NCBI GenBank assembly: GCA_900553785.1
Contig: USES01000001.1
Coordinates: forward strand, 45,995 to 109,994
Source: an uncultured Clostridium sp.
GTDB lineage: Bacteria > Bacillota > Clostridia > TANB77 > CAG-465
Reading direction: 5' to 3'
DNA: 64,000 bases
Shown here: positions 10,715 through 19,589 of the stretch, one piece after another
Numbering within the stretch: position 1 is the stretch's first letter
Layout of the letters: each line of letters begins with the position of its first letter
Notes under the pieces: model-generated
The model's database searches: none
Seen by the model: only the letters and a program-made list of their open reading frames with translations
What the model was told of the DNA's origin: nothing
Made by a program: the position numbers and the translations under genes

Positions 10715-11521
10715 ATGGGAAATATTCCAAAAATAATTCATTATTGTTGGTTCGGAAGAGGAGCGTTGCCAGAGGATTCAAAACAGTATATAGAAAGCTG
10801 GAAAAAATATTGTCCGGACTATGAAATAAAGGAGTGGAATGAAGATAACTTTGATGTTAACAGCAATAGATATGTAAAAGAGGCTTATGAGGCCAAAAAA
10901 TATGCTTTTGTAACTGACTATGTAAGACTTTATGCGTTATACCATGAGGGCGGTATATATATGGATACCGATGTAGAAGTCATAAAACCTTTAGACAGAT
11001 TTTTGGAACATCACGCATTTTCAAGTTTTGAAAATAATGATTCTATTCCTACAGGCCTTATGGCTTCAGAAAAAGGTGGCAAGTGGGTTAAAAAACTACT
11101 TGACGAATATGATGGTATTTCGTTTATAAAACCAGATAAAACAATGGACCTTACAACAAATGTAATAAGAATTACTAATCTAACAGAAAAAGAATATGGT
11201 CTTAAAAGAAAGTCATCTTACCAAGATCTAGGAGATGTAACGCTTTATCCTCATGAATATTTCTGCCCTAAGGATTGGAATACAGGGAAAATCAATATAA
11301 CAGAAAACACATATGCTATACATCATTTTAAAGGTTCTTGGCATTCCGATGAAGAAAAAAGAATAATTGCTAAGAGATTAGAATATATAAACAAATATGG
11401 TAAAGAAAAAGGAATAGCAAAATTTAACAGAAGGCAAAAAATTAGAAGGAGACTTGAGTATTTGCTACATCCTTCAAAATTAATTACTGCTTTAAAAAAT
11501 AAATTGTGTAAAAAGAAATAG
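10715..11521 (+). CDS. Glycosyltransferase family 32 (DXD sugar-binding motif)
   Basis: IPKIIHYCWFG N-terminal motif and YMDTDVE DXD motif. Confidence 0.7.
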   Translation: MGNIPKIIHYCWFGRGALPEDSKQYIESWKKYCPDYEIKEWNEDNFDVNSNRYVKEAYEAKKYAFVTDYVRLYALYHEGGIYMDTDVEVIKPLDRFLEHHAFSSFENNDSIPTGLMASEKGGKWVKKLLDEYDGISFIKPDKTMDLTTNVIRITNLTEKEYGLKRKSSYQDLGDVTLYPHEYFCPKDWNTGKINITENTYAIHHFKGSWHSDEEKRIIAKRLEYINKYGKEKGIAKFNRRQKIRRRLEYLLHPSKLITALKNKLCKKK

Positions 11522-11531
11522 GAGAAATTAT

Positions 11532-12626
11532 ATGAAAAAAGTAATGTTAGTATTTGGTACTAGACCAGAAGCAATTAAAATGTGTCCGTTAGTAAAAGAA
11601 TTAAACTCACGTCAAAATATTGAAACTGTAGTGTGCGTTTCTGGCCAGCATAGAGAAATGCTACAACAAGTATTAGATACATTTGATGTAGTACCAAAAT
11701 ATAATTTGGATATAATGAAAGAAAAGCAGACATTGTTTGATGTAACAGTAAATATACTAGAAAGAATTAAAGAAGTACTAGAATGTGAAAAACCAGATAT
11801 TGTTTTAGTTCATGGGGACACATCTACTACATTTGTTACAGCACTTGCGTGTTTTTATATGCAAATACCTGTAGGGCATGTAGAAGCAGGGCTTAGGACT
11901 TACAATATTTATTCGCCTTATCCTGAAGAATTTAATAGACAAGCTGTAGGTATAATTGCTAAATATAATTTTGCACCGACAGAGGCAGCAAGGGAAAATC
12001 TAATAAATGAAGGTAAGAATAAAGACAGTATATTTGTTACAGGAAATACGGCTATTGATGCATTGAAAACAACCGTAAATGCAGAATATACACATCCAAT
12101 TTTAGAGTGGGCAAAAGGAAGCAAACTTATACTTCTTACAGCTCACAGAAGAGAGAATTTAGGGGAACCTTTAAAACATATTTTTAAAGCAATTTTAAGA
12201 GTTGTGAACGAAGTCCCAGATATAAAGGTGGTTTATCCAATTCATATGAATCCTGTTGTAAGAAATACCGCTAGTGAAGTATTTGGAGATAATGACAGAA
12301 TAAAGATAATAGAGCCACTTGATGTATTAGATTTTCATAATTTTATCAACAAATCTTTCCTAGTACTTACAGATAGCGGAGGAATACAAGAAGAGGCTCC
12401 TTCTCTTGGAAAACCAGTTCTTGTATTAAGAGATACAACAGAAAGACCCGAAGGTGTAAAAGCTGGAACATTAAAACTTGTTGGAACAGATGAAGAAACT
12501 ATATATAATGAATTTATGAAATTATTATGTGATAAAGATGAGTATGCAAAAATGTCAAAAGCATCTAACCCATATGGTGATGGTTTGGCTTCAAAAAGAA
12601 TAGCGGATTTATTGGAAAAAATGTAG
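11532..12626 (+). CDS. wecB: UDP-N-acetylglucosamine 2-epimerase (non-hydrolysing)
   Basis: MLVFGTRPEAIKMCPLV, HGDTSTT and TDSGGIQEEAPSLGKPVLVLR motifs. Confidence 0.9.
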   Translation: MKKVMLVFGTRPEAIKMCPLVKELNSRQNIETVVCVSGQHREMLQQVLDTFDVVPKYNLDIMKEKQTLFDVTVNILERIKEVLECEKPDIVLVHGDTSTTFVTALACFYMQIPVGHVEAGLRTYNIYSPYPEEFNRQAVGIIAKYNFAPTEAARENLINEGKNKDSIFVTGNTAIDALKTTVNAEYTHPILEWAKGSKLILLTAHRRENLGEPLKHIFKAILRVVNEVPDIKVVYPIHMNPVVRNTASEVFGDNDRIKIIEPLDVLDFHNFINKSFLVLTDSGGIQEEAPSLGKPVLVLRDTTERPEGVKAGTLKLVGTDEETIYNEFMKLLCDKDEYAKMSKASNPYGDGLASKRIADLLEKM

Positions 12627-12634
12627 AGGTTTTT

Positions 12635-13570
12635 ATGAAATTTAGTTTAATTGTACCTGTATACAATGTAGAAAAATATTTAGATAAGTGTTTGAAAAGT
12701 ATCGAGGCTCAGTCATATAAAGACTTTGAAGTAATAATTGTAAATGACGGTTCACCAGATAATTCCCAAGAGATAATAAATGAATATGTAAATGAAGATA
12801 GTAGATTTAAAGCTTACATAAAAGAAAATGGTGGTTTAAGTGATGCAAGAAACTTTGGAATTACTAAAGCACAAGGTGAATATTTGCTATTTATTGATTC
12901 TGATGATTATATAGAACACGATTTATTGTCTTCTGTTAGTGCAGTTTGTGATGGCAATGATATCATTAAATTTAATATGACTTTAGTTGATGAAAAATAT
13001 AACGTTATTAAAAAAGCAAAACATTATGAAACAAAGTCTGAGGCAACATTTAAGGATGTTTTAAATGTAGAGTTCTTTCAGCCAGCCTGTGGTTATGCAT
13101 ATAATGCAACTTTTTGGAAAAATAACAACTTAGAATTTGCAAAAGGAAAAATCCATGAAGACTTTGGCTTAATTCCATATTGTACACTTATTGCTAAAAA
13201 AAGATATTTGTTAGACTATTATGGATACAATTATGTACAGCGTACAGGTAGTATTATGAACGGGGCTCATAAAGCCAAAAGAAGAGCTTATGATATGTTG
13301 TTTCACTTTGATACGTTAGTGGGAAAAATAAATAATATATCTGATGCAAGCGTAAATAAAAAAGATAAAAGCTTGTATTTAAGTTATATTGCAAATAATA
13401 CTATAAGCATGATTAGGTTTTTAGATGATAAAGACAAACCTGAATATTTAAAAGAATTAAAGGAAAGAAAAATCGTAAAGTATATGTTAGCAGATACATT
13501 GTCAAGAAAGATTAAAAAAATAATCGCAAGTATTTCGCTAAAGATGTATACAAAGTATAGATTTAAATAA
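12635..13570 (+). CDS. Glycosyltransferase family 2
   Basis: LIVPVYNVEKYL...VIIVNDGSPD and FIDSDD motifs. Confidence 0.8.
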   Translation: MKFSLIVPVYNVEKYLDKCLKSIEAQSYKDFEVIIVNDGSPDNSQEIINEYVNEDSRFKAYIKENGGLSDARNFGITKAQGEYLLFIDSDDYIEHDLLSSVSAVCDGNDIIKFNMTLVDEKYNVIKKAKHYETKSEATFKDVLNVEFFQPACGYAYNATFWKNNNLEFAKGKIHEDFGLIPYCTLIAKKRYLLDYYGYNYVQRTGSIMNGAHKAKRRAYDMLFHFDTLVGKINNISDASVNKKDKSLYLSYIANNTISMIRFLDDKDKPEYLKELKERKIVKYMLADTLSRKIKKIIASISLKMYTKYRFK

Positions 13571-13586
13571 TAGTAGGAGAATAATA

Positions 13587-14588
13587 ATGACTAAGGTAAG
13601 TATAATTGTACCAGTATATAACACAGAAAAGTATTTAAAAAAATGTATAGACAGCTTGCTTAATCAAACTTTAAAAGACTTGGAAATAATAATTGTAAAT
13701 GACAGTTCACCAGACGATTCGCAAAAAATTATAGATGAATATGTAGCAAAATTTCCAGATAGAATAAAATCCATTATAAAAGAAAATGGCGGTCAGGGCT
13801 CTGCCAGAAATCTAGGATTAGAAGCTTCTTCAGGAGAATATGTAGGATATGTAGATAGTGACGACTTTGTTGATACACATATGTATGAAGATATGTATAA
13901 TACGGCTATTAAAGACAACAGCGATATAGTAGATGTTGGATTTTATATATACTCTGAATCTGGCAAAGTTATTAAGGAAGATATTTATAGGAGTGAACGT
14001 ACACCAACAAATCTTAAAGAAACAAAACAATTACTTTTTGATAAAACAGCTGTTACCAATAAGCTATATAGAGCCTCTTTACTTAAAGACAATAATATTA
14101 GATTTAGAGAAAAGAAATGGTATGAGGATTTTGATTTTGTAATAAAGACTATTTGCTATGCCAAAAAGGTATCTATTATAGAAAGACCGTATTATTACTA
14201 TTTATTAAGACAAGGCTCTACAATGAATAATTCTAATATAGAGAGAAATCTTGAAATACTTGAGGCAATGGATGAGATCCTTAACTTCTTTAAAGAAAAT
14301 AATATATATTTTGAATACATTGAAGAATTAGAATTTTTGGCCGTATTTCATATATATTTACCAACGAATGTTAGAATAATAAGGTCTAATGCAAGTTGGA
14401 GCGAAAAGCATAAAATTATAAATAAAATAAATGGCTATATGGATATGAATTTCTCAAATTATAAAAATAACAAATACATTGAGACTTTCCTATCTAAAAA
14501 GAAAAGGAGTATACTTTCGCTTATTAAACTAAAACTATATTGGATTGTATGGTTATGTTTTAAGCTTAAGGATACTTTTGCAAAGTAA
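13587..14588 (+). CDS. Glycosyltransferase family 2
   Basis: SIIVPVYNTEKYL...IIIVNDSSPD and YVDSDD motifs. Confidence 0.8.
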   Translation: MTKVSIIVPVYNTEKYLKKCIDSLLNQTLKDLEIIIVNDSSPDDSQKIIDEYVAKFPDRIKSIIKENGGQGSARNLGLEASSGEYVGYVDSDDFVDTHMYEDMYNTAIKDNSDIVDVGFYIYSESGKVIKEDIYRSERTPTNLKETKQLLFDKTAVTNKLYRASLLKDNNIRFREKKWYEDFDFVIKTICYAKKVSIIERPYYYYLLRQGSTMNNSNIERNLEILEAMDEILNFFKENNIYFEYIEELEFLAVFHIYLPTNVRIIRSNASWSEKHKIINKINGYMDMNFSNYKNNKYIETFLSKKKRSILSLIKLKLYWIVWLCFKLKDTFAK

Positions 14589-14598
14589 GGAGAAAAAA

Positions 14599-16341
14599 AT
14601 GAAAAAATTTTTAACTAAACTATATAGTGAAAAAACAGTTAAGATATTGTTAATATTATTTCCTGTGATAGAACTAATTACAAGTATTAGCATTATTAAA
14701 TTTGGTGCTGTAATAACGCCTGGTAAAATATATAAGCTTTTGTTACTTATATATGCAACTATATATTTAATTTTCGTGGGTAAGAAAAATAGATGGTTGT
14801 CATGGACTACAGTAGCTGCTGTTGCTCTTATATGTATAGCAAATATTGTATTTACTATTGATGGGTTTGAAATTAAGCATATTTATTCAAAAGCATTAGA
14901 TTTATCTAGCTTTGTTGCATTCCCAATATATACAGCATTTTTTATTGCATACGTTAAAAACAAAAATAAATTGCCAATGGATGCACTTGTTATAGTAGCA
15001 ACTATATATAGTGCAGTAATATTTATTGCAGATATTACTGGGACTTCATTTATTAGTAGAGGTGGCTATTTAGAATTTGGAAAAAAAGGTTGGTTTTATT
15101 CCGCTAATGAGATAGGACAACTACTTACTGTATTATATCCAATAGTTTTGTATAAGCTTGTTCAAAACAGATCTATAAGTAGATATATAAGTTTTGCATT
15201 AGCTAGCTATTGTTTACTTAATATAGGTACAAAAGCGGCATTATTTGGAGCAATAGGAACACTTGTTTTTGCTGTGATATTTTCTGTAGTATTAGCTTTG
15301 TTAAAAAGGCCTCAACTTGCTAAAACGGTCTTTTCTATAAGTTGTATTACTCTTGTTATTACACTAGGGCTTTTAAAATTTACGCCAACATTTAGATATA
15401 TGAAGCACTACTATACTGCAAATACAACAGAAGATGGTGATGTACCTGCAGATGAGATGATATTTACCGGTAGGCAAACGAAACTTGAAAGACAAATAGA
15501 AAAATACGAAAACTCATCTGTTGCGAATAAGTTGTTTGGAATGAAAGATTCTGTGAAAGAAAAAGGCGGAGATGGTAAATACTTAATAGTTGAGCGAGAT
15601 TTCCATGATATTTTATTTAACTATGGAATAGCTGGTATTCTTATGTATTCTATGATAATAATAGTACTACTATCAAAATTTGTATGGTATATATTTAAGA
15701 ATTTCAAGCAGAATTGTAACTTGTGTAATTTTACTTTGGGACTGTCAGCTTGCCTAGGAATATTTGCTGCATATATATCTGGCCATACTCTATCTTCACT
15801 TACAACTTCATTTTTCTTAAGCATTGTGTTTGCTAAAATATATGAAATTTACGATAATATAGAACAAGAAGACTCTCAAGGCAAGGTTATGTTTATATGT
15901 AGTGTAGGTGGGCATCTAACTCAAATGTTACAAATAAAGAGTTTATTTAGCAAATACGAATATGTTCTTGTAACAGAAAAAACTGAAGTTACAAGTAATT
16001 TAAAAAATAAGTATAATATCAAATATATGGTACATGGTACAAGAAAATATATATACAAGTATATAGTAATAGAGTTATATAACATATTAAAATCTATGGT
16101 ATATTTCTTTAAATATTCTCCAGAAGTAGTTGTTACTACTGGTACACATACGGCCGTACCAATGTGTTTTATAGCAAAGTTTTTTGGTAAAAAAGTTATA
16201 TTTATTGAAAGTTTTGCAAAAAGAAATACACCAACTAAATCTGGTAAACTAGTATATAAAATAGCAGATACTTTCGTTATTCAATGGGATAGCTTAAAAG
16301 AAGTTTATCCTAAAGCAGAAGTTTGGGGGTGGATCTATTGA
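14599..16341 (+). CDS. Fusion protein with an N-terminal Wzy/O-antigen-ligase-like polytopic domain (paralog 2) and a C-terminal Alg14-like glycosyltransferase accessory domain
   Basis: The likely start is ATG at 14599 after an AAGGAG RBS. Residues ~1-440 are homologous to the 7856 product. Residues ~445-581 (MFICSVGGHLTQMLQ...VVTTGTHTAVPMCFIAKFFGKKVIFIESFA) match the Alg14/Cps14F family (GSxGGH motif). Confidence 0.6.
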   Translation: MKKFLTKLYSEKTVKILLILFPVIELITSISIIKFGAVITPGKIYKLLLLIYATIYLIFVGKKNRWLSWTTVAAVALICIANIVFTIDGFEIKHIYSKALDLSSFVAFPIYTAFFIAYVKNKNKLPMDALVIVATIYSAVIFIADITGTSFISRGGYLEFGKKGWFYSANEIGQLLTVLYPIVLYKLVQNRSISRYISFALASYCLLNIGTKAALFGAIGTLVFAVIFSVVLALLKRPQLAKTVFSISCITLVITLGLLKFTPTFRYMKHYYTANTTEDGDVPADEMIFTGRQTKLERQIEKYENSSVANKLFGMKDSVKEKGGDGKYLIVERDFHDILFNYGIAGILMYSMIIIVLLSKFVWYIFKNFKQNCNLCNFTLGLSACLGIFAAYISGHTLSSLTTSFFLSIVFAKIYEIYDNIEQEDSQGKVMFICSVGGHLTQMLQIKSLFSKYEYVLVTEKTEVTSNLKNKYNIKYMVHGTRKYIYKYIVIELYNILKSMVYFFKYSPEVVVTTGTHTAVPMCFIAKFFGKKVIFIESFAKRNTPTKSGKLVYKIADTFVIQWDSLKEVYPKAEVWGWIY

Positions 16342-16829
16342 TTTTAGTCACATTAGGAACTCAATTTGAACCATTTGATAGATTATTAAAGGAAGTTCAA
16401 AAACTAAAAACAGATGAAAAAATAATAGTACAAGCGGGACATACAAAATTTGAAAGCGATAAAATGGAGATAATAGATTTTATACCATATGAAAAAATGA
16501 ACGAATTAGTAGATGAAGCAAGAGTAATAATTACACATGGTGGTACTGGTTCAATAGTAGAACCACTAAAAAAAGGAAAAATTATAATTGGTTGTGCAAG
16601 ACTAGAAAAATATGGTGAACACGTAGATAATCATCAAACGGAGCTTGTTTCTATATTTGCAGATCAAGGATATATACTAGAATTTAAAGAGGGTGACGAC
16701 ATGAATGTGCTGCTTAAAAAGGCTGAGAGTTTTGTTCCAAAAAAATATACAAGTAATACAAATGTATTTATAGAAAAGTTAGAGAACAAAATAGATTCAT
16801 ATTTATCTAAAAGGGAGAAGGATATATGA
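16323..16829 (+). CDS. Alg13-like glycosyltransferase (GT28 C-terminal domain, Cps14G/EpsF-like)
   Basis: LVTLGTQFEPFDRLLKEVQKL and IITHGGTGSIVE match the Alg13/Cps14G family. It overlaps the previous gene's end. It uses a TTG or GTG start. Confidence 0.65.
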   Translation: MGVDLLILVTLGTQFEPFDRLLKEVQKLKTDEKIIVQAGHTKFESDKMEIIDFIPYEKMNELVDEARVIITHGGTGSIVEPLKKGKIIIGCARLEKYGEHVDNHQTELVSIFADQGYILEFKEGDDMNVLLKKAESFVPKKYTSNTNVFIEKLENKIDSYLSKREKDI

Positions 16830-17947
16830 GTTTTAGAAGACGTGTATTAATTGAAAGTAATAAAGATAAACCTAAATTATTTATTTGCACTCCTAGAATA
16901 TCTGTAGGTGGAATGGAAAGAGCATTTATAAATTTACTTAATATGAGCAATATATCTAAAAATTATGAGGTTTGGGCATATATAGGATATATTAAAGATA
17001 AAGAATATATGTCAAAACTTCCACAAGATGTACATGTTCATGTTGTATGTAAAGGCCAATGGAACATAGTAAATAAAATAAAAACTGTTTTTAAAATGCT
17101 TTGGGATTGTTTGTTTATTCCGAAATTTAATAAGTCTATATGTTTTGGACATAATAATGCTTTTTTATCTTTGATTACTAGAAGAGCAAGTAAAGATAAT
17201 GTAATTTTTATACATGCAGATTTAGAAAGTAGAAATGATAAGCAATTAAAAGACATGAAAAGATTTCTTAAATTTGAAAAGTTTAAAAAGGTAGCCTGTG
17301 TTTCAAATAAAGCAGCAGAAAGTTATAAAAAGTATTTTAGCAACCAAAATGTATTTGTAATAAATAACTATATAAACGGTAAGCAAATATTAGAGGAATC
17401 TAAAGAGAATACTGAAGATATTACCAAACTATTTAATATTGATAAACTTGCCTTTGTAAATATATGTAGACAAGAAGAAAAAAGTAAGAAGCTTTCAAGA
17501 CTTATAAATGCAGTATATAACCTAAAACAAGAAAAGTATGACTTTAAGATTTACTTAATTGGAAATGGCCCAGACACCAATATGTATAAAGAAATGGTAA
17601 ATAATTTAAATCTTCAAGATTACATTATATTTTTAGGTCAGAAGATAAATCCATATCCATATATAAAGAACATCTCAGCTTTAGTTTTTTGCTCAATATA
17701 TGAGGGGTACGGTATTGTTTTGGATGAGGCTAGAGTATTAAACGTTCCGTTTATTTCTACTGATGTGGCAGATGCTGAGCTTATTGCTAAAGAGGGATTT
17801 GGAATAGTTTGTGACAATTCAGAAGAAGGCATATATAAAGCAATAAAAGAATTTATAATAAATGGATATAAAATAACAACGCCATTTGATTATAATAAGT
17901 TTAACGATGATATAACACAAAAATTAGATAAATTATTGGAGGATTAA
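16826..17947 (+). CDS. Glycosyltransferase family 4 (GT-B, GT1 superfamily)
   Basis: A C-terminal EGYGIVLDEARVLNVPFISTDV EX7E-like motif. Confidence 0.7.
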   Translation: MSFRRRVLIESNKDKPKLFICTPRISVGGMERAFINLLNMSNISKNYEVWAYIGYIKDKEYMSKLPQDVHVHVVCKGQWNIVNKIKTVFKMLWDCLFIPKFNKSICFGHNNAFLSLITRRASKDNVIFIHADLESRNDKQLKDMKRFLKFEKFKKVACVSNKAAESYKKYFSNQNVFVINNYINGKQILEESKENTEDITKLFNIDKLAFVNICRQEEKSKKLSRLINAVYNLKQEKYDFKIYLIGNGPDTNMYKEMVNNLNLQDYIIFLGQKINPYPYIKNISALVFCSIYEGYGIVLDEARVLNVPFISTDVADAELIAKEGFGIVCDNSEEGIYKAIKEFIINGYKITTPFDYNKFNDDITQKLDKLLED

Positions 17948-17953
17948 AAAAAC

Positions 17954-18829
17954 ATGCATGAAGATAATATTGTAAAAAAAGCCTTTAAATCTTTTTTAGT
18001 AGGTGTAGGCGGTATAAATGATGTTTTAGCAAATAAAATAATGTATAGAGTACACACAGGTAAAAACTTAAACCTTAAAGATCCAAAGCTCTTAAATGAA
18101 AAACTTATGAAGTTAAAGATAGAAGATTATAACAATAATGATTTAGTTGTAAAATGTGCGGACAAGTATAAGGTTCAAGAGTATGTTAAAGAATGTGGGC
18201 TTGAGGATACACTTAATCCAATAATAGGAGTATACGAAAAAGCTGAGGATATAGACTTTGATGCTTTACCAGATAAGTTTGCACTTAAATGTAATCATGG
18301 ATGCGGCTTTAATATTATTTGTACAGATAAATCAAAATTAGACAAAGAAGAAACAGTTAGAACTTTAAATAAATGGTTAAAAAAGAAGTTTGGAAAAGAG
18401 AGTAGGGAACTTCACTATCTTAAAATAAAGCCACTAATTATATGTGAAAATTATATCGAAAGCAAAGATGGAGTTTTACCTAATGATTACAAAATATATT
18501 GTTTCAATGGAGAACCTAAAGTTATTTTAACTTGTTCGGAAAGAGAGAATAAGCTAAAATTAAACTTTTATGATTTAAATTGGAATGAATTGATGTATGG
18601 GCATGAAAAAGATAGATCTCATAAATCAATTGCTAAACCTGCTTGTTTAGATAAGATGATAGAAGACGCCAGAATATTGGCTAAACCATTTAAATTTGTG
18701 AGAGTAGACTTTTATGATTTAAACGGAAAACCTTTATTTGGAGAATTAACTTTTACACCTGCAAGGTGTTCAGCTGCATATTATAATGATGATGGAGCTA
18801 AGACATTAGGAGATATATTAAAAATTTAG
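17954..18829 (+). CDS. TupA-like ATP-grasp protein (teichuronopeptide-type amino-acid ligase family)
   Basis: 291 aa. The ALKCNHGCGFNII and DYKIYCFNGEPKVI motifs resemble the ATPgrasp_TupA family found in capsule and teichuronopeptide loci. Confidence 0.5.
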   Translation: MHEDNIVKKAFKSFLVGVGGINDVLANKIMYRVHTGKNLNLKDPKLLNEKLMKLKIEDYNNNDLVVKCADKYKVQEYVKECGLEDTLNPIIGVYEKAEDIDFDALPDKFALKCNHGCGFNIICTDKSKLDKEETVRTLNKWLKKKFGKESRELHYLKIKPLIICENYIESKDGVLPNDYKIYCFNGEPKVILTCSERENKLKLNFYDLNWNELMYGHEKDRSHKSIAKPACLDKMIEDARILAKPFKFVRVDFYDLNGKPLFGELTFTPARCSAAYYNDDGAKTLGDILKI

Positions 18830-19547
18830 TTTCTTGGATTTATTCCAGGGAACTTTTTTATTGCAATTCGGGTTGACATAATTTATACAAAGCGCTAAAC
18901 AAGTACATTAATTCATTATTAAAACGTGAATTAGCAAAACAAAATAGTTTTAGTATAATTGTACCAGAAGACTCAAAAGTAAGAGATAAAGAAAGTACAT
19001 GATTAAAGTAGATAGTAGAAGAAACTGATATATGGGAATACTTTAAAAAAGATGATTTTGAAAAAACGTATAATGTTATATTTAGATTGCAAGAATGAAA
19101 GTATGTATAAAGACTATAATAATTTTGAATGTTATACAAATAGAAAAGACTAGTGTAGAAAGTAATAGCATAGCTTGATAGAGGATACAACAAAAAAAGA
19201 TTATATTGAGTTATGTTATTTCGCAAAATAGATATTTTGTTACTTTTAGAGAAGGAACTATTGCAAATTACCTCTTTTTCTGATATTATATAGCTATCAA
19301 TACAACTTGTATCATAATTTACAAATTTATATATATTATATATTTAAATATATTTATTTTCAACTCTTCTTAAGCACAATACTTTTATATCATACTATAA
19401 TATATATATAATTTATATTTATTATATTTTATCTATAAAATTTTCGACGTTTTTTAGTAATCCGCTCCCATATATTAAATTTTCTCGTATTTGACAAAAT
19501 GGCACTATTTTTTAGAGGTAAAACTATATGGATAACATATCAAAAGT

Positions 19548-19579
19548 GTCTTAAAATCGATTCTAGAGCGTCGCTTTTT
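19548..19579 (+). repeat. Direct repeat copy 1 (GTCTTAAAATCGATTCTAGAGCGTCGCTTTTT)
   Basis: Near-identical to 20583-20615. It contains the small palindromes AATCGATT and TCTAGA and includes the xer 5' UTR. Confidence 0.8.
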
Positions 19580-19589
19580 GGAGGTTTTT

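Larger units (their letters stand above)
7856..18829 (+). other. Polysaccharide biosynthesis operon of 10 co-directional genes, tightly packed or overlapping
   Basis: Gene content (Wzy-like, Wzx, several glycosyltransferases, an epimerase, ATP-grasp). Intergenic gaps are 0-20 bp. Confidence 0.8.

Noticed and set aside
18858-19226. A 122-aa minus-strand ORF in the AT-rich gap
   Set aside because: Extremely low-complexity, Tyr/Leu/Asn/Ser-rich translation of A/T-rich DNA, with no RBS and no recognisable motif. It is most likely spurious.
19488-19530. A promoter TTGACA in front of xer
   Set aside because: A consensus -35 TTGACA lies at 19490-19495, but I could not find a credible -10 at 16-19 bp spacing. 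It is left uncalled.
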